Position numbers and translations under genes: made by a program
Virus record (IMG/VR): IMGVR_UViG_3300035704_000001
Span: 1 to 64,000 of that record
Direction: 5' to 3' (one strand)
DNA from: a virus
Length of the DNA stretch: 64,000 nt
Notes under the pieces: generated by a model
What the model was told of the DNA's origin: nothing
Seen by the model: the letters and a program-made list of their open reading frames with translations, nothing else
The model's database searches: none
Shown here: positions 44,459 to 54,353 of the stretch, piece by piece
Position numbering within the stretch: position 1 is the stretch's first letter
Layout of the letters: each line of letters starts with the position of its first letter

Positions 44459-45318
44459 CCGTGAAGAAGTGGGACGTCTGGAACCTTGACCGCGAGACCA
44501 TGGCCGGCCTGGTGGTCAGCGAGGGCGTCACCGAGAAGGAAGCAAACGCGGACGCGGACAAGCGCAACGCCACCGCGGTGCGGCTGAAGATGCCCGGCAT
44601 CGCGTTCGTGGCGCTGCCCCAGGGCCGTCAGCCTGCCGAGTCGGACCTGCCGCCGCTGCCGGCAGCGGAGAAGGGCGAGCTGCGCGCCGACTGGGCCCGC
44701 GGCCAGGCCGGCAACGGCTACCTCGGCGTCCTGACCCGGCAGCCGCACAACGACCGCTACGTCCTCGCCGACGGCCAGAAGTTCCTCTGGTCCTGCGGGC
44801 ACGTCCACATGCGGCACCGCGAGGCCGTCGCCTGCGCGCAAGCCGAGCTGGACCGCCCGTGGGTGCAGCGGATGAGCCGCGAGGGGCACCAGGTCGGCCG
44901 GTACAGCCGGATCTACTGGGGCAAGCTGCGGACCTCCGCCGACCCGGCCGACCGGGACCTGTACCTGGAGTCGGACAACGGCACGTCCATCGTGTGCTTC
45001 TCTCCCGGCGACATGCCGGCGCTGCGCGCCGCGGTGCTGCCGGAGTCCGAGGTCCTGAAGGCGCTGCAGGACAAGTGGTCGGCCAAGCTGGGCCCGGGCG
45101 GCCGCACGGCTGTCGCCGAGGGGCACATGCAGGGCTACCGGCTGGGTGTCGGCGACATGGAGAACACCCCGGTCTACCGCACCGCCCCGGCGGACGCGGA
45201 CGCCGTGATCAGCTTCCTGACCGGCCTGGCGGGCACGCCGGCAGCCATCCAGGGCGGGAAGCTGGATGCCCTCGGCACGGTGACGGAGTTCCTGGAGCAG
45301 CTGAAGGGCCAGTCCTGA
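44455..45318 (+). CDS. hypothetical protein
   Basis: CAGGGAAGGCA leader; WSCGHVH...AVACA. Confidence 0.8.
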   Translation: MTVKKWDVWNLDRETMAGLVVSEGVTEKEANADADKRNATAVRLKMPGIAFVALPQGRQPAESDLPPLPAAEKGELRADWARGQAGNGYLGVLTRQPHNDRYVLADGQKFLWSCGHVHMRHREAVACAQAELDRPWVQRMSREGHQVGRYSRIYWGKLRTSADPADRDLYLESDNGTSIVCFSPGDMPALRAAVLPESEVLKALQDKWSAKLGPGGRTAVAEGHMQGYRLGVGDMENTPVYRTAPADADAVISFLTGLAGTPAAIQGGKLDALGTVTEFLEQLKGQS

Positions 45319-45659
45319 TGACCCCGGACATCCAGAGCGAAGTCGCCGACGACCTGAACTACCTGGAGGCGCACGGCGCGCTGGCCGGCGTGGCCGAGGT
45401 GATCCGCGAGCGGCGGCGGCAGATCGAGCAGCTGGGCTACACCGTCACGCACGACGGCACCGAGCACGACGACGGCAACCTGGTGCACCGCGCCGCCGCC
45501 AAGCTGGGCTTCGCCCAGCTGGACCGGGTGACCGGCACTGCTGACCCGGCTTCGGACGAAAGATGGCTGCGCGAGGCCGGCGCGCTGGCCGCGGCCGAGA
45601 TCGACCGCCTGACCCGGCTGCTGGCCCCGGATGACCCCCGAGGAAAGGACCCGTCCTAG
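45318..45659 (+). CDS. conserved phage hypothetical protein
   Basis: ERRRQI..GY...HD...AGALAAAEIDRL motif. Confidence 0.7.
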   Translation: MTPDIQSEVADDLNYLEAHGALAGVAEVIRERRRQIEQLGYTVTHDGTEHDDGNLVHRAAAKLGFAQLDRVTGTADPASDERWLREAGALAAAEIDRLTRLLAPDDPRGKDPS

Positions 45660-45995
45660 ATGGACATCTACGCAGAAGCCAGCGCCACCGCGGTAGCCCT
45701 GGTGAGGGCGGCCGCCCTCGGCCACCGGCGCCGCGACGACGACCGCGACCCCGGCCAGATCACCCGCGAGTACGCGGAGAAGATCTGCCTGGCGCAGGGC
45801 CTGACCGACACCACCCAGCCGCTGGGCCTGCTGGTCGGCGCGCTGGCCCAGCTGGGCGGCGTGGCCGTGCTCGGCCTGCACGTGCAGGCTACCGGGCAGG
45901 GCTACGACCAGATCGACCCGGACCAGCTGCGCGAGAAGCTGGATGACCTGGAGCTGATCTTCATGACCGGGGGAGGGCTGAAGCCGAATGGCTAA
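45660..45995 (+). CDS. hypothetical protein
   Basis: adjacent ORF. Confidence 0.7.
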   Translation: MDIYAEASATAVALVRAAALGHRRRDDDRDPGQITREYAEKICLAQGLTDTTQPLGLLVGALAQLGGVAVLGLHVQATGQGYDQIDPDQLREKLDDLELIFMTGGGLKPNG

Positions 45996-46042
45996 GTACC
46001 TGCTGAGCGAGCCCGGGCAGGTCCGCTGGAGGGAGGCGGGCG

Positions 46043-46435
46043 ATGTACGTTGACCCCCGGGAGCTGACCGCCGGCTACGTGCATCCTCAGGGCCGGGGGG
46101 TGTCGGCCTACCGGGGCGTGCTGCGGGACGGCCGGGCCGAGGTATGGCGGTGCGACCAGATTCCGGGCCACCGGCCGCACATGGCTCCCGTCGTGGCGCT
46201 GCGGTGCGCTCAGGCCGAGCTGACCCGGCGGCTGGAGGGGGCCAAGGTCGTGCTCGACGCGCTGCACTGCGCGCCGTGCTGGCTGTTCTGGGACCTCGGC
46301 CAGACGGCGGCCGGCTCGGGCGCGGATGAGGACGCTGCCAGCTATGTCCTGCGCGGGCTGTGCCCGCGCTGCACCGCCCCGGCCGCCCGGGTCCGGCTCG
46401 CCGTGCTGGAGCGCGAAGAGACGAGCGTACGATAA
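46043..46435 (+). CDS. zinc-binding hypothetical protein
   Basis: GGAGG RBS; CAPC, CPRC. Confidence 0.7.
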   Translation: MYVDPRELTAGYVHPQGRGVSAYRGVLRDGRAEVWRCDQIPGHRPHMAPVVALRCAQAELTRRLEGAKVVLDALHCAPCWLFWDLGQTAAGSGADEDAASYVLRGLCPRCTAPAARVRLAVLEREETSVR

Positions 46436-46956
46436 TGGCGGCTTCCCCGGCCAGGGCCCGCGCGAGCGCGCCCCCGGCCCGGCCGAAGGCCAGGCGCCCG
46501 CTCGACTACACCACCAAGGTGCCGGTCTTCCAGACCGTGGCCGAGTGCAGCTCGGCCCTGGGCCGGGGCGGCGCGGACTCGGTGACGGTGCGGTACGACG
46601 CCGGCGAGGAGGCCGGGCTCGGCTTTTCCCTGGAGACCCCGCACGGCAAGCGCGAGTTCCTGCTGCCGGTCCGGATCGACGGGGTGGCCGCGGTGATCGC
46701 CGACATGCTGGACAACGACCGGCCGGCCGTCTCCGGCTCGATCGCCCGGCTGCGGACCCGCGAGCACGCCGCCGCGGTGGCCTGGCGCCAGGTGCTGCAC
46801 TGGCTGCTGGCCCAGCTGGCCATCATCGACGCGCAGATGGCCTCGCTCGATGAGGTCATGCTGCCCTGGCTGCAGGTGAACGCCGGCGACGGCCAGATGA
46901 CGCTGTACGCCCACTACAAGGCCCAGGAAGCGGCCGCGCTGGAGGCAGGCAAGTGA
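46435..46956 (+). CDS. conserved phage hypothetical protein
   Basis: YTTKVP...VAWRQVLHWLLAQLA...EVMLPW. Confidence 0.75.
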   Translation: MAASPARARASAPPARPKARRPLDYTTKVPVFQTVAECSSALGRGGADSVTVRYDAGEEAGLGFSLETPHGKREFLLPVRIDGVAAVIADMLDNDRPAVSGSIARLRTREHAAAVAWRQVLHWLLAQLAIIDAQMASLDEVMLPWLQVNAGDGQMTLYAHYKAQEAAALEAGK

Positions 46957-47267
46957 GCGAGTTCGAGATCTACCCGGGAGGCAGGCAAGTGAGCGAGGAA
47001 ACGGACCAGGCCCAGCGGGACGCGATGCTGGCGGCCGTGCTGGCCGTGGTCGGCGAGCACCCGGAGGGATGCACGTCGCAGGACGTCGAGCATGCGGTGC
47101 CGGGCAAGATGCTGCGGCAGGGACGCCCGGCCGTCACCATGTCCCGGGACCGGGCCAAGGCGCTGCTGCGCGAGCTGGCCGGGCAGGACAAGATCCACAG
47201 CCAGCGCGGCCAGGCCACGGTCCTGTACTTCTCCGGCGCGGCACGGGAGGCCAGCGGTGCGGAATGA
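46953..47267 (+). CDS. possible winged-helix protein
   Basis: HPEGCTSQDV...MSRDRAKALLRELAGQDKI. Confidence 0.6.
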   Translation: MSEFEIYPGGRQVSEETDQAQRDAMLAAVLAVVGEHPEGCTSQDVEHAVPGKMLRQGRPAVTMSRDRAKALLRELAGQDKIHSQRGQATVLYFSGAAREASGAE

Positions 47268-47592
47268 CCCGCAGGGCGACGTCACCGAGCTGCGCGAGCT
47301 GCGGATGGAGATGCTGAAGCTGGGCGCGCAGCTCGGCCAGACCCCGCTCACCACGGACACCGCGGTGGAGTTCGCCGTCCGGTGCCAGCTGCGCGCCCAG
47401 CGGCTGAAGCTGGCTGCCGGCGTCACCTGGGGCGACTACGAGCTGATCAGGGCGCACCGGGGCGAGGCGGTCTTCGCGCTGAAGCAGCCGCCGGAGTCCA
47501 GCCCGCTGGGCGGCCCGCGCTGGAGCATCACCGTCGCGCAGGGCCTGGAGGAGCTGGCCGTCAAGCTGGGGACGTTCGAGGACGGCCGTTAG
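47257..47592 (+). CDS. hypothetical protein
   Basis: GGAGG RBS then GTG. Confidence 0.7.
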   Translation: MRNDPQGDVTELRELRMEMLKLGAQLGQTPLTTDTAVEFAVRCQLRAQRLKLAAGVTWGDYELIRAHRGEAVFALKQPPESSPLGGPRWSITVAQGLEELAVKLGTFEDGR

Positions 47593-47594
47593 CC

Positions 47595-48086
47595 ATGAGC
47601 ACCGCCCTGGCCGGGGGCCGGTACGCGGTCACCGAGGCCGAGGAGACCACCAGGGACTGGATCGCCTACTCGGTGGACTGCCCGATGTGCGGCGAGCCGG
47701 CCGGGTTCCGCTGCATCTACACCTCCGGCCCGGAGACGGAGATCAGCGCCTACGGGCGGACCCGGGACTACCGGCATGCCAAGCTGCGGCTCAAGGGCAC
47801 CATGACCGTCCGCCCGCACTACCGGCGGGTGAACCTGGCCCTGGACAGGGCCCGGCAGCGGGCTCTGCGCGAGCAGCGCGCGGCCGAGCGGGCCCGGCGC
47901 AAGGCTGAGCCTTCCGGTTCTGCCTGGCCGAATGAGGGAACCCGGGAGATCCGCGCCGCGCTGAACGCGTTCGACCGGGCCGAGTACGAGCAGATGCGGG
48001 ACTGGCTGAAGAACCACGGGGCCATCTTGTGGGGCGGGGAGCGCCCGGATGGCAGCCTGCGCGGCGAGACCTACGCGTTCGGATGA
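47595..48086 (+). CDS. phage zinc-finger protein
   Basis: VDCPMCGEPAGFRC...PHYRR. Confidence 0.7.
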   Translation: MSTALAGGRYAVTEAEETTRDWIAYSVDCPMCGEPAGFRCIYTSGPETEISAYGRTRDYRHAKLRLKGTMTVRPHYRRVNLALDRARQRALREQRAAERARRKAEPSGSAWPNEGTREIRAALNAFDRAEYEQMRDWLKNHGAILWGGERPDGSLRGETYAFG

Positions 48087-48101
48087 GGCGATTGACCGGG
48101 G

Positions 48102-48392
48102 GTGCACGCCGGAGAGACCGTCCTCGTCCGGGTGACCGCCGCCCGGGCGGGCCGCCCGGTCACCGAAGGCCTGGTGACCGCCGAGTTCTGGGCGCCCGGA
48201 CGGGACCCCGAGCACGACCCGGCCGCCCGGGCCGACCCGGACCACGCCGTACCAGCTAGTTTCGACGCGCCGAGCCGCCGGTGGCTGGCCCGGGTCCCCA
48301 CCGCGGGCTGGACTCCCGGCACCTGGACCGTGCGCGGCCGCGTGGCGGGAGATAACGAGACCTGGGCCTGGGTGACCTTCGGCCTGGGCTAG
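48102..48392 (+). CDS. hypothetical beta-rich (Ig-like) protein
   Basis: alternating beta pattern; GTWTVRG. Confidence 0.6.
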   Translation: MHAGETVLVRVTAARAGRPVTEGLVTAEFWAPGRDPEHDPAARADPDHAVPASFDAPSRRWLARVPTAGWTPGTWTVRGRVAGDNETWAWVTFGLG

Positions 48393-48402
48393 CTGACCTG
48401 GC

Positions 48403-48432
48403 TTGACTGATGTCAGGCGGGGAGATTAGCCT
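48403..48432 (+). promoter_or_regulatory. class I promoter/operator variant
   Basis: TTGACTGATGTCAGGC; N18; TAGCCT. Confidence 0.7.
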
Positions 48433-48524
48433 CGGTTTCCAGGACCCGAGAGGCCCAGCCCGTCCCGGCGGGAGGCGCCTCTCTCGTCATAAGCCTTCTG
48501 CGCCCCGAGCAGGAGGCTTTACCC

Positions 48525-48929
48525 GTGAAGCCCGTCAACTCGTTCCCGGCTACCGCCACCACGGTGCTGGGAGCCGCCGCCGCGCTCATCATCGCGTTCG
48601 GCCACCTGTCCGCCGCGTCCTCCGCGCTGGTCATCTCGCTGGCCGGCGCGGTCGGCACCGTGGTGATCACCATCGCCGGCGCCATCGCCGGGAAGCCGGT
48701 CTCGATGCAGGTGGTCACCGGCGTCGCCACCGTGATCTTCTCCGACCTGGCCCTGTTCGGCATCCACATGGACTCGGACCAGCGCGGTGCGCTGGCCGGA
48801 GCCGTCACCGTGGCGCTGGGCATCATGTTCCACCTGCTGCACGTGACCGTCGCCGTCGTCCCGCTGAAGGCCACGGCCGTCACCGCCGACCCGGCGCTGG
48901 CGCCGCTGATCGAGCGGGAGGGGCCCTGA
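48525..48929 (+). CDS. multi-TM membrane protein, holin-like
   Basis: AGGAGG RBS inside hairpin 48491-48519; four hydrophobic helices. Confidence 0.6.
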   Translation: MKPVNSFPATATTVLGAAAALIIAFGHLSAASSALVISLAGAVGTVVITIAGAIAGKPVSMQVVTGVATVIFSDLALFGIHMDSDQRGALAGAVTVALGIMFHLLHVTVAVVPLKATAVTADPALAPLIEREGP

Positions 48930-48964
48930 GCGCGCAGGACCCCGGCCGGCGCGGGGACGGGGCG

Positions 48965-49753
48965 GTGGACCAGATCCCGGACGCGGGCACGGGGCCTGCT
49001 GACGGAACTCCGAAGGCGGAGCCTGATGCCAGTGTGCGCCACGGCGCGGCCGCGCACAACATCGCCGCGGCCTGGCCGTCGCTGGCCGCCCGGCTGGTCG
49101 AGATCGGCGGCGTGCGGCTCAGCTACGCTGAGGCCGTCAAGGCAACCGCGGTCCTGGCGGGGAGCCGCACCTCGGCCATCGCCCCGGTGCTGCGCGCGGC
49201 CGGCTCCCCGCTGGCCGGGTGCGACTACTTCGCGGTGGCGGCCCCGCACCTGGCGGCCGCGCGCCAGCTGCCGAAGACGGGGCGCATCGGGGCGGCCGGC
49301 CGCCACGTCACCAAGATTGCCTTCCTGGAGGCGGCCGGCCAGGTCCTCGCCCGCGCCCGGGCGGCCGAGCTGGCCAGCTGGAACGCGGCCCTGGCCACGG
49401 ACGAGCGGTACGCCGCGGCTATCGCCCGGGACGCGGTGACGCTCCGGCAGCGGGCCCACCTCGCCGGCATCCGGTCCTCGGTCCGCTCCGCGGTCTCCCG
49501 CGCCGTTGCGGCCTGCAACGCCCGGCGCGGCGAGTTCTCCTGCTCCGAGGACACGGCCTGCGGGACCGGCGCGTGCCGGTTCGCGGCGCTCGCCTACGCG
49601 TCGCTGGACGCCCCGGCGCCGCCGGGCAAGGTGATCCGGCCGTTCAACCACGCCAGCCGCGGAGCGGGCTTCTCCGGCGACGCCGCCGCCGACCAGCTGG
49701 CGCAGCTCCGGCCGTGGCGGGCGGGGGTCCCGGTGGCCGACGTCGCCGCCTGA
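48965..49753 (+). CDS. Ala-rich hypothetical protein
   Basis: GC3-rich frame; start uncertain. Confidence 0.6.
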   Translation: MDQIPDAGTGPADGTPKAEPDASVRHGAAAHNIAAAWPSLAARLVEIGGVRLSYAEAVKATAVLAGSRTSAIAPVLRAAGSPLAGCDYFAVAAPHLAAARQLPKTGRIGAAGRHVTKIAFLEAAGQVLARARAAELASWNAALATDERYAAAIARDAVTLRQRAHLAGIRSSVRSAVSRAVAACNARRGEFSCSEDTACGTGACRFAALAYASLDAPAPPGKVIRPFNHASRGAGFSGDAAADQLAQLRPWRAGVPVADVAA

Positions 49754-49768
49754 CCGAAGGGGCTAGGC

Positions 49769-50077
49769 ATGGGGAACCCGGTCATGCACTTCTTCGGCCT
49801 GGACAACGCGGGCGGGCCGTTCTACCTGTTCTGGTCCGGCATCGCCGGCTCGTTCCTGGTCAACCTGGGGACGTTCTTCCTGGTCCTGTATATCCACCAC
49901 ACCTGCCAGGACTCGTGGCGGTGCCTGCGCTGGGGTAAGTACCCGGCGGCCGGCGGGATGTTCAAGGTCTGCCGTCATCATCACCCGGACCTGAAAGGCG
50001 TCAGGCCGCGCCGGGCGCACATCGCGGCCTGGCACGAGGACTGGCAGCGGAGGGGGAGCGGTGGGCTTCTGGGGTAA
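49769..50077 (+). CDS. membrane protein with Cys/His tail
   Basis: YLFWSGI TM; HHTC...C...CRHHHP. Confidence 0.7.
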   Translation: MGNPVMHFFGLDNAGGPFYLFWSGIAGSFLVNLGTFFLVLYIHHTCQDSWRCLRWGKYPAAGGMFKVCRHHHPDLKGVRPRRAHIAAWHEDWQRRGSGGLLG

Positions 50078-50279
50078 CGTGCTGGCCGAGGCGCTGGGCT
50101 CGGTCCCGGTGTTCGCCGTCGGGCTGTACCTGTCGCACCGCGGGCTGAAGCGCCACCTGACCCGGGTCACCCGCAAGCAGACCGGGGACATCCGGGTCAT
50201 CACCGATGAGCAGACCAGTGAGCTGGAGCGCCGCCGGGCCGCGGGCGCCGGGCGTAATACAGGGCATGGCCCTTCCTGA
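50061..50279 (+). CDS. small membrane protein
   Basis: N-terminal TM; GGAG RBS. Confidence 0.6.
   Translation: MGFWGNVLAEALGSVPVFAVGLYLSHRGLKRHLTRVTRKQTGDIRVITDEQTSELERRRAAGAGRNTGHGPS
50253..50268 (+). promoter_or_regulatory. class II leaderless promoter motif
   Basis: CGTAATACAGGGC-ATG. Confidence 0.6.
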
Positions 50280-51981
50280 CGTTGCCCTGCTGACCCCGGA
50301 CCAGCGGGAGAAGGCCAGCCTGCGGGTCAAGCGGCTGCGCGACATCATCGACTTCCCCGCCCTGGCCTGGTTCAATTCCGAGCCGTGCCCGCGGCACAAG
50401 GCCGACGGCACGCCCTACCCGCTGTGCCGGGAGTGCGGCATCATCCCGCGCCGCCACCAGCGGATCGGCGCGGCCTGGATGTACCTGGCGATGCGCGGGC
50501 TGCTGTCCGACACGGTGGGCTCGGGGAAGACCGCGCAGGCGCTGATGGTGCTGGCGATGTGCAAGCAGAACGGGGAGCTGGGCTACCACAACCGCGCGGT
50601 GATCATCTGCAAGCCGGCCGCGATGCACGACCCGTGGGCCGACTCGCTGCGCCGGCTCACCCCGGACCTGCACGTCATCGTCGCCGACGGCACCCCGGCG
50701 CAGCGCCGCAAGCTGTACGAGGGGGACTGGGAGGTCGCGGTCGTCTCCGAGCGGACCTTCGCCCCGGCCAAGGGCGCCACGACCTCCCGGCCGGGGGACG
50801 TGGACATCCTGGCCGCCCCGTACCGCCAGGTCGGGATTCTGTTCTACGACGACACCGACGCGATGCGGAACCCGTCCTCGCGGACCTGCCGGGCCATCAC
50901 CCGGCTGGCCAAGCGGTGCACCCGGGTGCACGGCATGCACGCCACCCCGCTGCAGAAGCGGCTGATGGAACTGTGGAGCTTCACCGGGCCGGTCGGCGGG
51001 CACGAGAAGAACCGGCTCGGCTCGGAGTCCCGCTGCCACCAGCGCTACGTCACCACCTCCGCCAAGTGGATCACGATGCCGAGCCGGACGGACCGGACCG
51101 GGCGCGATGTCGTCCGGCAGCGGGTGTTCGTGGATTCGGGGATGACCAAGGACCGGGCACGGGTGCTGGAGTTCCGCCGCGCCATCGCGCCGATCGTGCT
51201 CCGCCGCACCGCTGCCGACCTGGACGACGTGGACCTGCCGGACGTGCAGCTCAACCCGGTGTTCCTGGACCTTCACCCGGTTCAGCGGGCCCGGTACGAG
51301 GAGCTGCGCTCGGGGGTGCTGCGGCGCCTCAAGCCCGGCGGCATCGAGGTCACCCGCGCGGTGGCGGCCGCCGCGTTCACCCGCGGGCAGCAGATCTGCG
51401 GCGGGATGGCCGCGCTCGACGAGGGCGAGGGCACCGACATCTCGGTGAAGCTGGACTGGGTGATGGACGCCCTGACCGGCGACCTGGCCGAGGAGAAGGT
51501 GGTCTGCTTCGTCTACCACCGGGGCAACGTCCGGGCGCTGTCCGCGCGGCTGAAGCGGGAGAAGATCGGCCACGTGATCATGTCCTCGGACATGACCGAC
51601 AAGCGGCGCCGGGCCCGCCGCCTGCAGCTGTTCCGCGATGACCCGCGGGCCCGGGTGCTGATCGGCACCACCACCATCGAGGCGAGCCTGAACCTGCAGA
51701 CCGCCCGGCACCTGATCGCGGTGGACACCATCCTGAACCCGGCCCGGATGGAGCAGCTGGTCGGCCGGGTCCGGCGCCAGGGCTCCGCGTTCGGCATGGT
51801 GTTCCTGCACCAGCTGCTGTGCCGGGGTACCCAGGAGGACGGCTACCTGCCGCTGCTGCGGCGCGAGGCCGAGATAGCCGGCGCGGTCTGGGATGAGGCC
51901 ACCGACATCTTCCGCGCGCTCACGCCCCGCCAGATCATGCGCATGATCGCCGAGGGCACGCCCGGGGCGGCGGCGGCCTGA
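50266..51981 (+). CDS. SNF2-family helicase
   Basis: LLSDTVGSGKT, ATPLQ..LMELWS, SLNLQTA, NPARMEQLVGRVRRQG. Confidence 0.9.
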   Translation: MALPDVALLTPDQREKASLRVKRLRDIIDFPALAWFNSEPCPRHKADGTPYPLCRECGIIPRRHQRIGAAWMYLAMRGLLSDTVGSGKTAQALMVLAMCKQNGELGYHNRAVIICKPAAMHDPWADSLRRLTPDLHVIVADGTPAQRRKLYEGDWEVAVVSERTFAPAKGATTSRPGDVDILAAPYRQVGILFYDDTDAMRNPSSRTCRAITRLAKRCTRVHGMHATPLQKRLMELWSFTGPVGGHEKNRLGSESRCHQRYVTTSAKWITMPSRTDRTGRDVVRQRVFVDSGMTKDRARVLEFRRAIAPIVLRRTAADLDDVDLPDVQLNPVFLDLHPVQRARYEELRSGVLRRLKPGGIEVTRAVAAAAFTRGQQICGGMAALDEGEGTDISVKLDWVMDALTGDLAEEKVVCFVYHRGNVRALSARLKREKIGHVIMSSDMTDKRRRARRLQLFRDDPRARVLIGTTTIEASLNLQTARHLIAVDTILNPARMEQLVGRVRRQGSAFGMVFLHQLLCRGTQEDGYLPLLRREAEIAGAVWDEATDIFRALTPRQIMRMIAEGTPGAAAA

Positions 51982-52178
51982 TGACCCGGCCCCGGTGCGA
52001 GGAGTGCGGGAAGTTCGTCTACACCTCGCGCAAGGACGCCCACCGCGGCATGGGCAAGCTGAAGAACCAGTTCGCCTACTGGGACCCGGAGTGCAAGGCC
52101 TGGCACACCTCCTCTACCAGGACGGCGGTCAGGGTCCGGCCGCAGCGGGAGATCCGCCACCGGCGCCGGGCCGCGTAA
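51981..52178 (+). CDS. small zinc-finger protein
   Basis: CEECGK...Y.DPECKAWH. Confidence 0.65.
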   Translation: MTRPRCEECGKFVYTSRKDAHRGMGKLKNQFAYWDPECKAWHTSSTRTAVRVRPQREIRHRRRAA

Positions 52179-52224
52179 GGGGCACATCTTCCGCCGGTGG
52201 CTAGCGCATGACGATTGCGCCAGC

Positions 52225-52386
52225 ATGCCCAGCACCCGCACCGATCTCTTCCTCGCCGCCAAGCGGGTCCTGCGTGCCCACCGCGAGTGGACCGACGAGC
52301 AGGTGGCCGAGCATATCGGCTGCCACCCCCTCCTCGCCCCCGAGATCATCGGTCCCGCGCGTACCGAAGTCGAGCAGGACGGCTGA
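52225..52386 (+). CDS. 53-aa HTH-like protein
   Basis: MPSTRTDLFLAAKRVLRAHREWTDEQVAEHIGCHP...; missing from ORF track. Confidence 0.6.
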   Translation: MPSTRTDLFLAAKRVLRAHREWTDEQVAEHIGCHPLLAPEIIGPARTEVEQDG

Positions 52387-52390
52387 GTTC

Positions 52391-53083
52391 GTGGAGGACC
52401 CCGAGATCACGGCACGGGTCTCGGAGCTGGTGGACGGCATCATGCCGCAGGCCCGGGTGGAGGCGTACAAGGTGTGGCAGCGGGCGCCGCACGCGCTGGA
52501 GCTGGACGAGCTGCACGCCATCGCGCTGAAGGGGCTGGCCGAGGCGGCGGCCCGGTGGCAGCGCTACTGCCACGAGCACCAGCACAGCCCGCGGGCGTTC
52601 GAGTACTTCCCGGCGTACGTGCTGGCCCGGATGCGCGGCGCGATGCTGGACAACCTGCGCAGCCAGGACTGGGTGACCCGCTCGGACCGGACCCGGGCCA
52701 AGGCCATCCGCGACGCCGGCCAGGACCGGGGCGCGTCGGAGGCCGAGCTGGCCCGGGCCACCGGGATGACCGTGGGCGAGGTCCGCTCGACGCTGGCCGC
52801 GGTCTCCGCCCGCCCGGTCTCGATCGACGCCGAGCCGCACGACGTTCCCGACGAGGCTGACGTGGAGTCCCAGGCGGTGGTCTCCGAGGTGCTGGGGGCG
52901 GTCACCGCGGTGACCGCCGGGCTGCCGCCGGACGTGCAGGTGCTGCTGGCCCTGCGGTACTACGCCGGCCGCACGATCGCCGACGCCGCGGCCGCGCTCG
53001 GGATGGACCCGGCCGCCGCGGCCCGCGCGCACACCCGGGCCATCCTGTCCATCCACGATGCGATGATCAAGGCGGTGGCGTGA
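52391..53083 (+). CDS. sigma-28 (FliA/WhiG-like) sigma factor
   Basis: F.AYV..RMRGAMLDNLRSQDWVTRS; SEAELARATGM; LP..QVLLALRYY.G.TIADAA..LGM. Confidence 0.85.
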   Translation: MEDPEITARVSELVDGIMPQARVEAYKVWQRAPHALELDELHAIALKGLAEAAARWQRYCHEHQHSPRAFEYFPAYVLARMRGAMLDNLRSQDWVTRSDRTRAKAIRDAGQDRGASEAELARATGMTVGEVRSTLAAVSARPVSIDAEPHDVPDEADVESQAVVSEVLGAVTAVTAGLPPDVQVLLALRYYAGRTIADAAAALGMDPAAAARAHTRAILSIHDAMIKAVA

Positions 53084-53400
53084 TGCCGGACCGGGCCATG
53101 CAGGCCGAGCGGGCAGGAGACCTGCCGTCCCTGGTGAAGCCCTCCATGACGCCCGGGCAGGCTCCCTCGCGGCTGCTGGAGAACCCGGACGAGGCCCGGG
53201 ACCGGCAGGTGGCCCAGATCGCCGGCGCGGTCAGCGCGCTGGCCCGCAAGGTGGATACGCTCGACCGGCCGCCGGTGACCACCGCGGACCGGCGGGAGGC
53301 GCTGGGCGTGGCGCTGGAGTACTTCACCGGGCTGGGTCATCGCCGAGCGCCGACCGTCAGCGAGATGGTCACAATCTCCAGGTACCTGACCGGGGAGTAG
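53083..53400 (+). CDS. hypothetical protein
   Basis: TGATG coupling. Confidence 0.65.
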   Translation: MPDRAMQAERAGDLPSLVKPSMTPGQAPSRLLENPDEARDRQVAQIAGAVSALARKVDTLDRPPVTTADRREALGVALEYFTGLGHRRAPTVSEMVTISRYLTGE

Positions 53401-53408
53401 TACAGGAC

Positions 53409-53828
53409 ATGGCACTGACGGATCTGGGGAAGAAGGCCGGCCGGGTGTTCCGGGCCGGCTGTCAGCACGTGCTCGACGAGATGAATCGGGAGCAGCCCCC
53501 GGCCGGGGAGGCGGACCCGCTGCACCGGGTGGTCCGGCACGCCTGCCCGGCGCAGGGCGGGGCCTCGGTCGGCATCGAGCTGGCCGAGCACCGCGAGATC
53601 AGCCCGCTGTACTGGGTCTGCTACTGCAGCCTCATCGCGCCGTACGTGAAGTACGTCTTCCCGCACGAGGACTGCCAGGGCGGGAAGCTGGCCCTGGAGG
53701 CCGGGTTGCTGACGTTCACCTGGAAGGATGGCCGGTGCCCCGGCTGCGGGCTGGCGCTGCGCAGCTCGCTGGGCCGCGTGGCGCTGACCGCGGAATTGCA
53801 ACCGCTGAAGGAGCGCCACGTTGGCTGA
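53409..53828 (+). CDS. Cys-rich hypothetical protein
   Basis: class II motif AGTAGTACAGGAC-ATG. Confidence 0.7.
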   Translation: MALTDLGKKAGRVFRAGCQHVLDEMNREQPPAGEADPLHRVVRHACPAQGGASVGIELAEHREISPLYWVCYCSLIAPYVKYVFPHEDCQGGKLALEAGLLTFTWKDGRCPGCGLALRSSLGRVALTAELQPLKERHVG

Positions 53829-54351
53829 CAAGCCCGCACACATCATCGAGATCTCCGACGCGCTGGGCCGGGACGTGGACCGCTGGAAGGACGGCAAGGG
53901 CGAGGCCCCGCCTATCGACGCGTTCATGTCCGACCAGTCCCTGGAGCAGGCGGCGGCCCAGACCGCCCAGGTGGCCCGCGCGGTGCCGGCCAGCTCGCTG
54001 ACGCCCATTACCAAGGCCCAGGCGGACGGCCTGACCCGGTTCGACGGCGAGACCATGCCGCTGATCCCCCGCACGCAGCGGGTCCTCCCCGACCCGTTCC
54101 GGCGTCCGAGCATCGAGATCAACCACCACGGCCGCCAGTGGCTGCCGACCGCCGTCGAGGACGTCTCCGCCGGCGACACCGTGCCCGGGGTCGGCGTGGT
54201 GGTCAAGGCCGAGACGGTGCGGAGATTGCAGCCGGTTGACGGGTGGGGCGGCGTAGTAGAGGGCATGAAGGTAATCCTCACGGGCCCGAGCGGCACTCCT
54301 GTCTCATTCGACCTCGGCGAGCTGGTGCAGGCGCACCGGCTGCCGGACTAG
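53821..54351 (+). CDS. hypothetical protein
   Basis: AAGGAG RBS; TTG start. Confidence 0.7.
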   Translation: MADKPAHIIEISDALGRDVDRWKDGKGEAPPIDAFMSDQSLEQAAAQTAQVARAVPASSLTPITKAQADGLTRFDGETMPLIPRTQRVLPDPFRRPSIEINHHGRQWLPTAVEDVSAGDTVPGVGVVVKAETVRRLQPVDGWGGVVEGMKVILTGPSGTPVSFDLGELVQAHRLPD

Positions 54352-54353
54352 TC

